Assembly: GCF_963921235.1 (NCBI RefSeq)
Contig: NC_086097.1
Coordinates: 236,160,001 to 236,224,000, forward strand
Length of the DNA stretch: 64,000 bases
Direction of reading: 5' to 3'
Source: Mobula hypostoma
Taxonomy: Eukaryota
Below are positions 12,640-25,419 of this stretch, piece after piece (within the stretch, counting starts at the first letter, position 1; each line of letters opens with the position of its first letter). The notes beneath the pieces were generated by a model that was not told the origin of the DNA, searched no databases, and was given only the letters and a program-made list of their open reading frames with translations. The position numbers and the translations under genes were made by a program.

Positions 12640-14340
12640 TTCACTTAATTCGAGGTGTTGACTGACAGATTGGTTGTCCGTTGTATCCGATGAAGACAGT
12701 TAGATTTGTGCAGTTCTGCTGTGTGTTTGTAGGTGGCTCCTGATCTAGGTTGTGAGCCACATAGACATTCGCAATAAGGATATGAAAACTGTGCTGGATC
12801 TGGGAGTGGAGCCGCTGCTATTGCTTTCCTTCTTTGTTGGGCAGCGATTCGCACTGCTCGGCATCCCTCCTCCATGTTCTTGTGAACGGTTCTAACCAGG
12901 GCTCGCCAGCCACTTCAGTCTTGCACACCAACTGTTAGCTTTCATGCAGTCTTTGAACCTCTTATGGAGCCTGCCTCAATTCCTTTTGCTCAGTGAAAGC
13001 TCATCGTATAGTAGCTGCTCAGGGTCTCGGAAATCTTCATGCATATGTAACCCTCAGACTCGCCCAGTTCGTGTTCGTCTAGGGGGAAAACAGCCTTTGG
13101 TCCCGCCAAACTGAGAAATCACGTTTGTGTGGATGCTGTGTAATGCACCACCCAGTTACAAACACACAACGCAAAATATCAGACAGTACACCACATGTAA
13201 ATAAATGATTGAACTTTATGAATCTTAATCTGAATATAGGGTTAGTAATGAAATTTTTAAAAAGGGCCCAATTCAAGGAAAAGTCAAAAGTTCACGTTGG
13301 AGCTCACTCTGTAGTCATTCTTCCACCATCGGCCTCCTCCGAGCGTCGCTGACCTTCGGACCCTCTGATCCCAGTCCACTCCATCCGGTGGTCTACACGC
13401 GTCTTCCCTCGTCATCTCTCCTCAACAAACAAAACGCAAAAAAAACATCCTTCCAGATACACAAGACAAAGCAGCAATTTCCGATTGGCTAACATGCATA
13501 TGACAGTCCTGTTATCTCCAGCCATAACCCGAACATTGCTGCTACAGAGAAACCGTTACCTCAGCAGTGAACATTACAGAGAAGCCATTACATTAGCCTT
13601 CGCAGTGAAACATTACAAAGAAGCCATTACACATATGACATGTCCTGTCCACTGAAGCTATGCTTTTATAATCATGGCCTCAACAGTCATGGTCTCCACC
13701 CTGTCATGGACCTCTAGGTTTGTAACTCAGTCCTGCCAATGGATGCCAAGGATTGACCTCAGACTACTCATGTGGAATCCCTCTAGCATTTCGAGATGTC
13801 TTCTGAATATGGTCCAGTTTCACATCTGTTCAGGGGCTGCTGAGGACAACAGCTTCGTACACCTTTAGTTTTGTGGACAGATGGATGGATCTTGTGCTGT
13901 TCCACACATGTCATCACAGTCGACCAAAGCTCTCACTGGTCTTGCTAATCCTGGTGTTGATTTCTTTATCTAGTGAACCATCACTACAAATGACACTGCC
14001 AAGATACTTGAATTCTTCCACTATTCTCAGTCTTGTTCCCTAGATAGTGAAGGAGGGGGTGGTAACGACTGATCCAGGAGCAGGTCGCAATAGGACTTTT
14101 GCTTGGCTTAGGCTGACTGTGAGACCAAAGAGACACTAGGCTTCAGCATATTTGTAGAACCATCTGAGCACAGTTGTCGACATAGGGTGTTTCAAAGATG
14201 AGTTTCTTGACTATCTTGGTTGTGGCACTCAGGTGACTTAAGTCGTACAGTGATCCATTAAATGTGTACCTCAGGTACACACCACATTTAAGGTCTTTGA
14301 TTGCATGGTTTAGCACATATGTGAGGAACAGGTTGAAGAG
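12640..14340 (-). mobile_element. Decayed RTE-clade LINE
   Basis: LFNLF...GVYLRYTFNGSLYDLSHL...YVDNCA RT motifs and a degenerate C-terminal zinc finger; interrupted by a solo LTR. Confidence 0.8.
13046..13631 (-). mobile_element. Gypsy-type solo LTR
   Basis: TGTAA...TTACA termini; 4-bp TSD cata (13042-13045 and 13632-13635); shares blocks with the LTR at 63082-63689. Confidence 0.88.
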
Positions 14341-14352
14341 CACACATACTTG

Positions 14353-14450
14353 TTAGTCCTGACGAAGGGTCTCGGCCGAAACGTCGACTGCACCTCTTCC
14401 TGTAGATGCTGCCTGGCCTGCTGCGTTCACCAGCATTTCTTGTGTGTGTT
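14353..14450 (+). mobile_element. 98-bp PLE-derived insertion: hammerhead motif plus short tail
   Basis: TSD acatacttg (14344-14352 and 14451-14459); intact core agtc-ctgacga...gaaacgtc-gact at 14355-14389. Confidence 0.9.
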
Positions 14451-14594
14451 ACATACTTGCTTCACTCTGTTTGAAGTATTGAATGATTTTGAGCTGTCAC
14501 CATTTGAGAGGACGTGGAATAGACACCGAATTCAAGATACAGCATGGAAAAGGCCCTTCTAGCCTCATAGTTCCACATGTAAATATATTGATTA

Positions 14595-15130
14595 TGTACG
14601 TGAAAATTCCCTGGTTTCCTTGGCTGCGTAAGTCCAGGGAAAACACACTCCGGTTCCTCCAGACCCAGAAGCTTGAGTCAGCCCTCCCACACCAAACCCC
14701 AGTCTACGTGGACACTGAGTAATTTGCTACCCTCTTACAACTCAGCGCCAAGAGCTAACAGACAGCACACTGCATATGATTAGAGGAATTATATTACTGA
14801 ATCTTAACTAAAGTGTTTGTAAAGAAAGGAAAAATACAAAAAGGTCCCATTATAATTAAACAGTCAAATGTGCACAATTGGAGCTCAACTCTTCGAAAAG
14901 TCATACATGTTCACCCATACGCAGTCAAAATCGTCACCTTGCTCCATCGAATCATGGTCCCCCATTGGGTCGAATCCTACAACTGGTTTTCTCCAACATC
15001 TTCTCTCTTCATCTCCCGCCATAAAAAGGACTGCATTCCAAAGCACCTGTTATCTCCAACTGTAAACCGAATGCTGTTTCTACAAAAAGACCATTATGTT
15101 AGCGGTGAAACCTCTCCCAGGATGTTAAAC
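14595..15130 (-). mobile_element. Older solo LTR related to the 13046 and 63082 LTRs
   Basis: Shared motifs ttggagctcaact, cctgttatctcca and aatgctgtttctaca; ends approximate. Confidence 0.6.
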
Positions 15131-15277
15131 ACAAATCTGTATTAGGGATGCAAAGCTGTATTTTTTACAAACTGTTCACCACATAAGACTAATCAAACAG
15201 CTGAAGTAAAGACAAAATTGATTGCAGAAGAAATTTTTCTCAACCATCTTAAATGACCAATGCACATACAGCCTCTT

Positions 15278-15483
15278 GTCTGACGGTGGTGTAGTGGCAT
15301 CCACACTGGACATCAAGGTGAGTGGTTCCAGATTTGAATCTGGCTGATTCCTTGCTCGCTCTCCATCCATGCTGTGTTGTCTGTCGAGCTAACAACATGG
15401 CCTCGTAAAAAAAGAGACAAATGCTAAAGGAATGGCGATGTTACCACACAATGCACTACAAGACACAGAGAGGAACAAAAACA
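15278..15483 (+). mobile_element. tRNA-derived SINE
   Basis: A-box-like ggtgtagtgg and B-box-like gatttgaatc; body tccatccatgctgtgttg...gagctaacaacatggcctcgtaaaa; A-rich end. Confidence 0.75.
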
Positions 15484-16099
15484 TACAGCCTCAAGTCTGA
15501 AGAGAGAGTCTTAACTCAGATGCTGGACATCACCTTCATAATATTGGTGGGCTATAAACAGCAATCAGGTTTCTTCAGGCAGCTTATCTTCTGGGTCTTT
15601 CCCAAAAATATTCTTGTCAGATGCACATCCAGCACACTGCCAAATTCTGAGGGGAAAGGAGATGACTGGCATGAGCATGACAGAGCAGGAGTACCTGACT
15701 TGATTGCTCTGCGCTAGGAAGACCATTCCCTCCTTCTGCTCGGCAAAACATCGTGGACCAAAGAGCTGTACTGTGTTTCATGTCCCTTTGTGCCACAGTG
15801 TTAAGGGAAATTAACACAAAAATCTAATCTCTTCTTCAGCAGCCTCCAGTGCCGCCTGTGAGGAATAAGAGTTGAATAAAAATGAGCTCTTTTTAATAAC
15901 GGTGTTTGTTTAAATTATCAAGATGGTAAAATATAAATTAAAATAATACTGCAGTGTGAATGGGAACTGACTTCAATAATAGCAATAATAAAGTAATTTT
16001 AAACCAATATAATTGAAATGTTAAACATTAATTCAGGATTAAAATGTTGTATATAAATGGACCTTGTATTAAAATGTCTCTTTCCAACTAGGTACAACT

Positions 16100-17910
16100 C
16101 CAGTGAGACTGAATCTGGAATATGGCTCATCCAGAAGGTTAGAATGCATGATCCATTGTGAATTGGCCATTTGGATTCAGAATTGGCTCACCCATAGAAG
16201 GCAGAGGGTAGTGGTCAAAGGGGCTTATTCTAGCTGGAGGCTTGTTATTGGTGGTTTAAAGCAAGGATCTGTATTGGGACCACTGCTGTTTGTGATGTAT
16301 GTAAGTGACCAGGATGAAAATGTAGATGAGTCGATCAGTATCTCTGCAGATAGTACAAAGATTGGTGGCATAGAAGGGATTTAGATCAGTTGCAGATATG
16401 GGCAGAGAAATGTCAGACAGAGTTTAACACAAATAAATGTGAAGTGTTACACCTTAATAGGTCAAACGTAAAGAGACAGTGCATCGTTCAGGGCAAGTTC
16501 CTGAACAGTGTTGATGAGTAGCGGGATGTTGGGGTCCGAGTCCATCGTTCCCTGAAAGTAGCCATACAGGTTGATAGGGTAAATCAAGCATATGGCATGC
16601 ATGTCCTTATTAGTTGAGTCATTGAGTTCAAAAATCAGGAAGTTATGTTGCAGCTTCACAAAATTCTAGTTAGGCTACATCATACAGTTCTGGTCACTCC
16701 CTTTATAAGAAGGGTGTTGAGGCTAAGGAAGGGGTGCAGAAGAGGTTTACTCTGGGTGCGTCTGGATTAGAGGGGTTACATAATATGTGGTTGCTTTCTC
16801 CAGAGCAACTGAGGGTGAGGGAAGATCTGACAGAGGTTTATAAGATTATGAGAGGCATAGGTAGAGCAGACAGATAGTATCTTTTACTCAGAGTTGAAAT
16901 GTCTAATGCCAGGGGGCATGCATTTAAGGTGGGTAATTTCAAAGGAGATGTGAGGAGCAAGTTTTTTACCCAGAGAGTCTTGGGAGTCTGGAATGCACTT
17001 CCTGGGGTAGTAGTACAGAGAGAACGTTAAGGGCTTTTAAAGGACATCAAGGTAGGCACATAAATGTGAGGAAAATGAAGTATATGGACATTGTGTAGGC
17101 AGAAGAGATTAGTTGGCAAGTTGATTACTAATTTAGTTGGTTCAGCACAACATTGTCGGCTGAAATGCCTATTCCTGTGCTTTACGGTTCAATGTTCTAT
17201 TTCTATGAACAGTTCAGGTCTTTCTCCCTGAGCAAATATGTACTTGTGATAGGGGGACACAAAATCAGATTCACCAGACTGATTTCCAGAATGATGATTT
17301 TATAGCATGGAAAGAGATTATTAGACAAATCTGTATTGCTTTGTGTTCCGAAGTGAGCTGATATCATTTAAAAGTTTAAGATTAGTGCAAGGTTTGGTGC
17401 AGAGTTAATGGTTCATCTCACTGGAGCATTTAGGACAAGGGGCCACAGTCTCAAAATAAAGTATTGGCAATTCAAGACAGAGCAAAGTGGAATTTGGATT
17501 CTGTACCCAAGAGAGCTGTGGAGGTTTCAATTGCTTGCTATAGTCAAGGCTGAGATTAATAAATTTATAGACATAGGAATCAGGGGATATGAGTTTACTG
17601 AAGGAAAGGAATGCTGAGGTAATAATCTGCCCTATCTAATGGAATGGAAGAGCAGACAGGAGAGAGTAAATAACCTGCTCCTAATACTCTTTCTTATGTC
17701 ATGGATGGGATGATACATAAAAACAATTGATTCATTGATCCAAAATTAAATAAGGGTTTTAGAACATAGAACATACAGTACAGGAATAGGCTCTTTGGCC
17801 CACAATGTTGTGCCGAACCAGCTAAAAGGTAATTCTAAAAAAAACCGAATCCCTCCCACCTACACAATGTTCACAACCCTCCATCTTCCTCATCTCCATG
17901 TGCCTGCCTA
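16100..17910. mobile_element. Cluster of old CR1 fragments (16100-17210 +, about 17220-17700 +, 17760-17910 -)
   Basis: [15 protein letters not shown]...GSVLGPLLF; CR1 3' UTR and tail motifs. Confidence 0.8.
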
Positions 17911-18759
17911 CTTCTATTAAGTTAGGTATTAAGTATCACGTATAATTTGTTAGGTTTTAGGTCAACAATTTAGTACATACTGGTTATAATTAGAAGAATG
18001 GTGGTCAAGGGTAGATAACGTAAATTTGTCATAAATCTGAAGACAACTATGTTGAAGCAGGTGTCAGGGAGGCCAACAAGGAGAAATAATACTCTGGAGA
18101 TTATCAGTGCTGGGAATGGATATTTCAGCGATGTAAAATGAACTTTGAACTGAATAGCTCAGTGAATGAAAAAAACAAGAGATCAAGTGAATTTGCACTT
18201 ATTTGAACTCACAAATGATGTATTGCTGCGAATAGAAGAATGATTGTAAAATTCCATGCCTGCAAATAGATGTTCAGTTGCAAGAGTTTCCTTTTGCGTA
18301 GACAAAGCAGCGTGGTGGAGATCCATGTAAGTGTATTTCAATCAACTGAGTTTGCCATGTCATGTGACATTTTATACTGCTGTAGGCTGAGATTAACTAC
18401 CTTCATTAACGAATGTTTTGTTGATAGCTCTCCCTCGGTTACTTGCCTTTGTAAGCAGCAGCACAAAAGAGCCCACAGACATAACAAAATGAAATATGTG
18501 TTACTGAGGCAACAGTCAAAATAGCTACCATCAGGCCACCTTGACGAGAGAAGCGTTCATGGGAATGCTAATGGAACCAGAAAAGAATAACAACAAGCCA
18601 CTCATCCTTCAGAAGTGTGAGGCTGGTCCTGAAATGGAGCAATGAACCAGTGTCAGAAGCAGAGAATCTTGCATCCTTCTGTAGTGCAGGAAGAAATTAA
18701 ATTACCTTGTTAGCTGCGCAAAAGAAAGACTGCACTTTATAAACACAAGAGATTCTGCA

Positions 18760-18875
18760 AATCCTTGAAATCTTGAGCAACGTTCACAAATGCCAGAAGA
18801 ACTCAGCACACTAGGCAGCATCAATGGAAGGGAATAAAGTCAACAAACAGTTCAGGCTGAGACACTTCATCAGCT
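18760..18875 (-). mobile_element. Old PLE pLTR fragment
   Basis: aaacacaagagattctgca...ggctgagacacttcatcag, a degenerate version of the PLE terminus. Confidence 0.6.
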
Positions 18876-19190
18876 ACATCAGCACACTTCACAACATCTC
18901 CATCTGCTTACCCATCCATGTTCAATGTCTGCTACTGCCTTCACCCCCCAATGAGCATTCCTCGCTCACACTCCCGGCTTTTGTCACTCACCGCACATTT
19001 ATGTTAACAATTAAAGTATGCTTGCAGACAAGCATTCAAATCACTTCTACTGAGCGCCCACAAACTCAAAGGAAATTGTTAGAGGGAATGACAAGATAAA
19101 GAGAAGATTTAATGTATGGTAGCTCTTGCAGTAGTGGGTGCCACCAGTAGTATTATTGCAGAGTGTATCCAGAACCACAAGCCACAGGTA

Positions 19191-19207
19191 CAGTATCTAT
19201 AAAAAGT

Positions 19208-19263
<56 letters not shown>

Positions 19264-20751
19264 CACCTTGGACGTTTTTTTGTGTTTTATTGTTTTACAA
19301 CATTGAATCACAATGGGCTTAATTTGGCCTTTCTGACACTGATCAACAGAAAAAGACACTTTCAAAGACACCGAATCATCACTTGTGCAGCCAATTGTTT
19401 AAGAAGTCACATAATCAGTAAAATGGAGATTTGTGTTTGGAGACCTGTGTGCAGTCAAGATGTTACAGTTGATTGTTTTAAAAATACACCTGCATCTGGA
19501 AGTCCAGCTGCTGGTGAGTCAGTATCCTGGGAAAAACAACACCATGGAAACAAAAGAGCACTCCAAGCAACTCCGTGAGAAGGTTATTGAAAAGCACAAG
19601 TCAGGAGAGGAATACAAGAACACTTCTAAGTCACTAAATATTCATTGAAATACAGTCAATCATCAAGAAATGGAAAGAATATGACACAGCTGTAAACCTG
19701 CCTAGAGCAGGCCATCCTCAAAACCCGAATGACCATGAAAGAAGGGGACTAGTGAGGGAGACCTCCAAAAGACCTATGACAAATCTGGCACATTTACGAG
19801 CCTCAGTGGTTGAGGTGTTGCCTGAGTGCTTTACCAGTCGCAGCTTTATGGGAGAGTGACAAAGAGGAAGCCACTGTTGTAAGATACTCAAATGAAATCT
19901 CGGCTAGAGTTTGCCAGCAAGCATGATGGAGACTCTGAAGTCAGCTGGAAGAAGGTTCTATGGTCATATGAGAGACCAAAATTGAGCTGTTTGACCATCA
20001 GGCTAAACGTTATGTTTGGTGTAAGCCAAACACCACACATCATCAAAAACACACAATCTCTACCGTGAAGCATGGTGGTGGCTGCATCATGTTGTGGAGA
20101 CGATTCACTGCAGCAGGCCCTGGAAGGCTTGTGAAGGTAGAGGATAAAATGAATGCAGAAAAATACAGGAATTCCTGTAGCAAAACCGGATGTATCTACA
20201 AAAAAACTGTGACTTGGCAGAAGATTTGTTCTCCAGCAAGAAAATGACCCCAAGTATAAAGCCAAAGCTACACAGGAATGGCTTAAAAACAACAAAGTTA
20301 ATGTCCTGGAGTGGCCAAGTCAGAATCCAGACCTCAGTCCCGTTGAAATTTTGTGGCTGGATTTGAAAAGGACTGTTCACTCATGATCCCCATAAAATCT
20401 GATAGACCTTGAGCAGTTCTGCAATGAGGAATGGGGAAAAATTGCAGTGTCCAGATGTGTAAAGCTGATCAATACTTATCCACACAGACTCAAGGCTGTA
20501 ATTGCTGACAAAGGGGCATCTACTAAATACTGACTTGAAGGGGTGAGTAATTATGCAATCATTTATTTTATGTTTTGTGTTTGTAATTAATTCAGATCAC
20601 CTTGTAGAGATCTGTTTTCCCTTTGACACGAAAGAGTGTTTTTCTTTGATCAGTGTCAAAAAAAGCTAAATTAAATCCACTGTGATTCAGTCTTGTAAAA
20701 CAGTAAAACATGAAAACTTCCAAGGAGGGTGAATACGTTTTATAGGCACTA
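19191..20751 (+). mobile_element. Tc1/mariner DNA transposon with long TIRs and a disrupted transposase
   Basis: TA flanks; TIRs cagtatctataaaaagtattcac / gtgaatacgttttataggcacta plus matching inner TIR blocks; [47 protein letters not shown] motifs. Confidence 0.92.
19211..19261. repeat. (CA)n microsatellite of about 25 units inside the left Tc1 TIR
   Basis: Perfect CA run, directly visible. Confidence 0.98.
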
Positions 20752-20849
20752 TATAGAGTGTTCATCTTACCATTGTTGGTTGTGGAGATGATGTTGTCCA
20801 GAAGCCAAGAATGATTCTCAGGTCTTGAGGTGATAGCTGTTTTATTGGA

Positions 20850-21680
20850 TGTTCTATAGTATATATAATACTACAGCACAGTGCTGGCCCTTCAGCGCAC
20901 AATGTTGTGCAGACCTTTTAGCCCACTCTAAGATCAATCTGAACCTTCCTTCCTACATTGCCCTCCATTGTTCTATTATCCATGTGCCTATCTGAGAGTG
21001 TCTTAAATGCCCCTAATGCATCTGCCTCTACAATCGCCCCTGGAAGCATGTTTTAGAGGCTGCCTCTGATCCTTTACCTTAAGCTTCCTAATCGAATCTG
21101 GTTCATTGCACAACACCCAATCTCAGAATTGCCTTTCCCCTGGTGGGTTCAAACAAAAACTTCACTGAAAAGCTATTTCATAAGCATTCTACAAAGTCGA
21201 TCTCTTTGTATCCAGCATTAACTTGATTTTCCAGTATACTTGCATAATGAAGTCCCCCATGACTATCAAAACATTGCCCTTTTTACATGCCTTTTCTAAG
21301 TCCCCTTGTAATTTGTAACCCCACTTGTTGGCAACTGTATGGAAGCCTGAATATAACTCTCAACAGGGTATTTTTATCCTTACATTTTCTTTATTCTACT
21401 CACAAGGATTCTGCACCTTCTAATCCTATGTCATCTCTTTCCGAGATTTGATTTCATTTTCTTTTACCAACAGACTCTATCTCCTCTGCTTACCAGCCTG
21501 TGCATTCAATACAATGTGTATCCTTCGATGTAAAGCTCCAAACTGTGATCTTCTTTCAACCACGACTGTGATGCCCACAGTATCATACCTGCCAATCTCT
21601 AACTGCGCTAAAAGATCAATTACCTTATTCCGTATACTGTGTGCCTTCAAATATAACTCCTTCAGTCCTGTATTCATCTC
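20850..21680 (-). mobile_element. Old CR1 fragments
   Basis: LYLKAHSIRNKVIDL...RYDTVGIT endonuclease start; CR1 3' UTR at about 20850-21050. Confidence 0.7.
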
Positions 21681-22219
21681 CTCTATCAAATCATCTGTCA
21701 TCCTCTTTGCTTTGTTCCATTCAAAACAGAAATATAGTAATACATAGTAGCAGGTAACTAAATCTAACTGTAACCAACTCACTCTACATTAAGTAAAGAG
21801 AAAAATGATAAGAACAAATAAGAAAATACCTTGCTTCGTTGTTGATCTTTATACTGAAAACTGCTCAAACTAGATAGATAAGGGGAGTTCTTTTGATAAG
21901 ACAACAAGAACAGCATGATTTATGCTAGTGTGACACAGACTGCAGATGAAGAAACTACAACTAATGCAGAACCAGCTATGCTACAGATTACTGAAAATAC
22001 ACTGAGCATTTGCAGACAAACAGGAGACTATGCAAATATATTCAATAAGCAAGCATGAAGAAAGTTAGACTACAAGAAAAATTACAACTTAGACACTAAT
22101 CCAACACTATCATCTTTCTGTTTTCCCTAGTAAATCTCTAGAGGCTGATTCAAGAGATTAACAGGAAAAGGATAAACTAGAAAATAACTTGCAGGAGAAC
22201 AAATTTAGCCTGTGGGGTG

Positions 22220-22725
22220 ATAAGACATAGGAGCAGAATTGGGTCCTTCAGCCCAGAGTCTTCCCCGCCATTCAGTCATGGTTGACTGATTATCTCTCAG
22301 AATCCCATTATCCTGCCTTCTCCCCATTACCTTTGACACCTTTACTAATCAAGAACCTATCAACCTCTGCTTTAAATATACCCAATGACTTGACCTCCAC
22401 AGCCATCTTTGGCTATGAATTCCACAGATTCACTACGCTCTGGTTCAAGAAGTTTCTCCTCCTCATCTTTGTTCTTAAGGGAATTCCCTCTATTCTGAGG
22501 CTGTGCCCTCTGTTGTTAGACTAACCCACTGTAGGAAATATCCTCGCCACATCTACTCTATCTAGGCCTTTCAATATTTGACAGGCTTCAATGAGATCAT
22601 CCATCATTCTTTTAAACTCCAGTGAGTACAGGCCCAGAGCCATGAAACACTTTTCGTACATTAACTCTTTCATTCCTGAAATCATTCTCATGAACCTCCC
22701 CTGGGCCCTCTCCAATGCTAGCACT
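22220..22725 (-). mobile_element. CR1 LINE 3' fragment
   Basis: LERAQGRFMRMISGM...LGLYSLEFKRM. Confidence 0.85.
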
Positions 22726-22889
22726 GCATTGACCCTAGCTCTGCAGCCTTAATAATGATAAGCTTCCAAAGGATCGTGCTTTGCTCTGTTCATTAACTGA
22801 TCAAAGGACACCCATAGTACAACTGAATACACAGGCAATTATGGAAAAGTGAGGCAAGTGTTCCTCTCACAGGGTTACAGCATGCCTGC

Positions 22890-23079
22890 AGCAACACTCA
22901 CAAAATGCTGAGGAACTCAGCAAGTTAGGCAGTGTCTACAGAGGGGATCAAAGAGTCAACTTTTCAGGCCAAGACCTTTCATCAGGACTATATATGCTGC
23001 ACGACTTGCTGAGTTTTCTCCAGCATTTTGTGTGTGTGTGTTTCTCAAGATTTCCAGCATCTACAGAATCTCTTGTGTC
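22890..23079. mobile_element. Old PLE fold-back fragment (inverted pLTR pieces)
   Basis: cacaaaatgctgaggaactcagcaagt ... acttgctgagttttctccagcattttgtg inverted pair around a degenerate minus-strand hammerhead motif (about 22955-22989). Confidence 0.7.
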
Positions 23080-23355
23080 ATAAGAACATAAGAAATAGGA
23101 GCAGCAGTAGGCCATCTGGCCCATCGAGCCTGCTCTGCCACTCAATAAGATCGTGGCTGATCTGACCATGGACTCACTTCTACCTTCCTGCCTTTTCCCC
23201 ATAACTCTCAATTCCCCTACAATGCAAAAATCAATACAACCTTGTCTTAGATATATTTACGGATGTAGCCTCCACTACTTCATTGGGCAGAAGATTCCAC
23301 TGATTCACCATTCTCTGGAAAAAGCAGTTCCTCCTCATCTCCATCCTAAATCTAC
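23080..23355 (-). mobile_element. CR1 LINE 3' end
   Basis: FRMEMRRNCFFQRMVNQWN; (ataagaac)n tail. Confidence 0.85.
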
Positions 23356-24759
23356 TATGTCTGGAGTGTCTGTGAACAGCATGCCAGCTCCACTGCCATA
23401 CAATCACATTGTTGCCATGGAACTTGTCTGCCTCAGTAGCCACATTTTGTTGGCGTATCCCAGGCAGGAGCCGACAGAGTTCACTGACCAAAAACATCTC
23501 CACATCCATTGACTGATCCACAACAGTCTTCCACCCTCACAGTTTAGAAGTCCAGGAAATGCCTTGTAAGAGCAACAGAGAAAGTAGAATTCATCTAGAT
23601 GTTAATTACTGTGCAGGCATTCATGCAAGCCAGAAAGATTAAATCTTTGTGTATAGAGAGTTATTGGCAAACCTGTCGTGCTGGGTGACCTGAATATCAA
23701 CGCGTGTTTGTAATGCATTGGAAAGCAGGAAAACTGGTACAGTTGATTGGCATGACTTTGATGCAGAAGGGCACAGATTTATTTGAAGGAAATCCAGGAT
23801 TTTGAACCATGTAGATAAAATTCAGAAATCTACAGGCTGAAAAAGATTGGCACAATTTAACCCATTTTGATCTACTTTTTCCTCTCTCAGAGCTCACAAA
23901 CACTCAGACCATTGATTCAGAAGTACGTCTTAGTCAAATCTATTTAGCTAGGGTGCCTGAGACTTTTCCATAGTACTGTCATAATTTTATGTATTGCACT
24001 GACTGCTACCACAAAAGAAAAAAAATAATTTCATGACATATGTGAGTGATGATAAACCTGATTCTGATAAAGGTCTTTATTGTGGACTGAGAGTGGGAAG
24101 GGGACAGGGAGAGGGGAATCATGGTTGGGAAAAGGGGAAGGGAGAGAGGAGTAAGTATGAAGCCCCAGAGAGACATTCTGTAATTATCAATAAACCAATT
24201 GTTTGGAATCAAATGACCTTGCCTGGTGTCTCAGAGCTGGGTGTGTCTACCCCCACACCATAACCCACCCTGGTACTCTTTCTCTGTCACCTGTCCCACA
24301 CCCCTCCTGCGCTGCTACACCCTCACCATTCCCAACATCCTTTGCTCCCGCCAGATTTACAAACTTGCTCTCCAGTCCACATTGATAAATATAGTAATAT
24401 CTAGGCACCTTGTCAAAATATACATGCCTGTAATATAAGAGTTTCACATGTAGTATGAAATGACTGTATAACTGTATGAAATATTTTATCAGTATTAGTA
24501 TCTCTTCCTTTTCATCTCATTATCATTAGTCATGTGATTGAATGGTTGACATGAGAACCATTACCTGCATAGCAACGCATAGAGACAACAAAATATGAAT
24601 GCAGCAACATGATACCACTAATCTCCAGGGTCTGATCAGATAAGTCAAAGAACACAGTGGACTGAAGATAGATTAGCTTTATTTGGCACATGTACAACAA
24701 AACATCGAAGCATACAATAAAATGCATCATTTGTATTAAATCAAATCAGCAAGGATTGT

Positions 24760-25390
24760 GCTGGGGAGTAGCCTGCAAGTGTCACCACACATTGGGCACT
24801 AAGATAGCAGGCCCACAACCCACTAACTGCACATCTTTAGAATGCAGAAGGAAATCAGAAAATCCAGAGGAAACCCAAGCGGTCATGGGACGAATGTACA
24901 AACTCCTTGCAGGCAACGGCAAGAATTGAAACATGAACTACGATCGCTGGCACTGCAAAGCCATTGAACTTACAGCTGTGTTACCATGCCAACCCCCCAC
25001 CTCTTTGAGGTGGGAAAAAATCGTGGGAGTCCTGGCATCATTGTTGGCGACAGATGAACTGTCAGAAAATTGCAGAGTGGCTAATATTGTGCTTTCAGTT
25101 TATTTATTTATTTATTTGTTTGATTGTTTATTTACATATTTATTTATTCATTGAGATACAGCGTGAAGTAGGCCTTTCTGGCACATCAACCGATGCCACC
25201 CAGCAACCACTGATTTAACCCTAGACTAATCACAGGATAATTTACAGTGACCATTTAACCTACCCACTGATATGTCTTGGACTGTTGGAGGAAACCAGAG
25301 CACCCAGAGGAAGCCTACGCTGTCACAGGGAGAACATACATGCTCGTTATAGGCAACGGCGGGAATTGAACCCAGCTAACCACTACACTA
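24760..25390 (-). mobile_element. Two HE1-like SINE copies (about 24760-24970 and 25150-25390) with a (ttta/tttg)n tract
   Basis: ggaggaaacc(a/g)gag...gaggaaacc motif, the reverse complement of the SINE core. Confidence 0.65.
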
Positions 25391-25419
25391 AAGTGGACTG
25401 CAAAGAGAAAAATAAAATA

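Noticed and set aside
21916..22059. 47-codon ORF MIYASVTQTADEE...
   Set aside because: Short, no recognisable homology, no convincing splice context
23655..23715. VVLGDLN peptide resembling an AP endonuclease motif
   Set aside because: Too short, followed by a stop, and no other LINE motifs nearby
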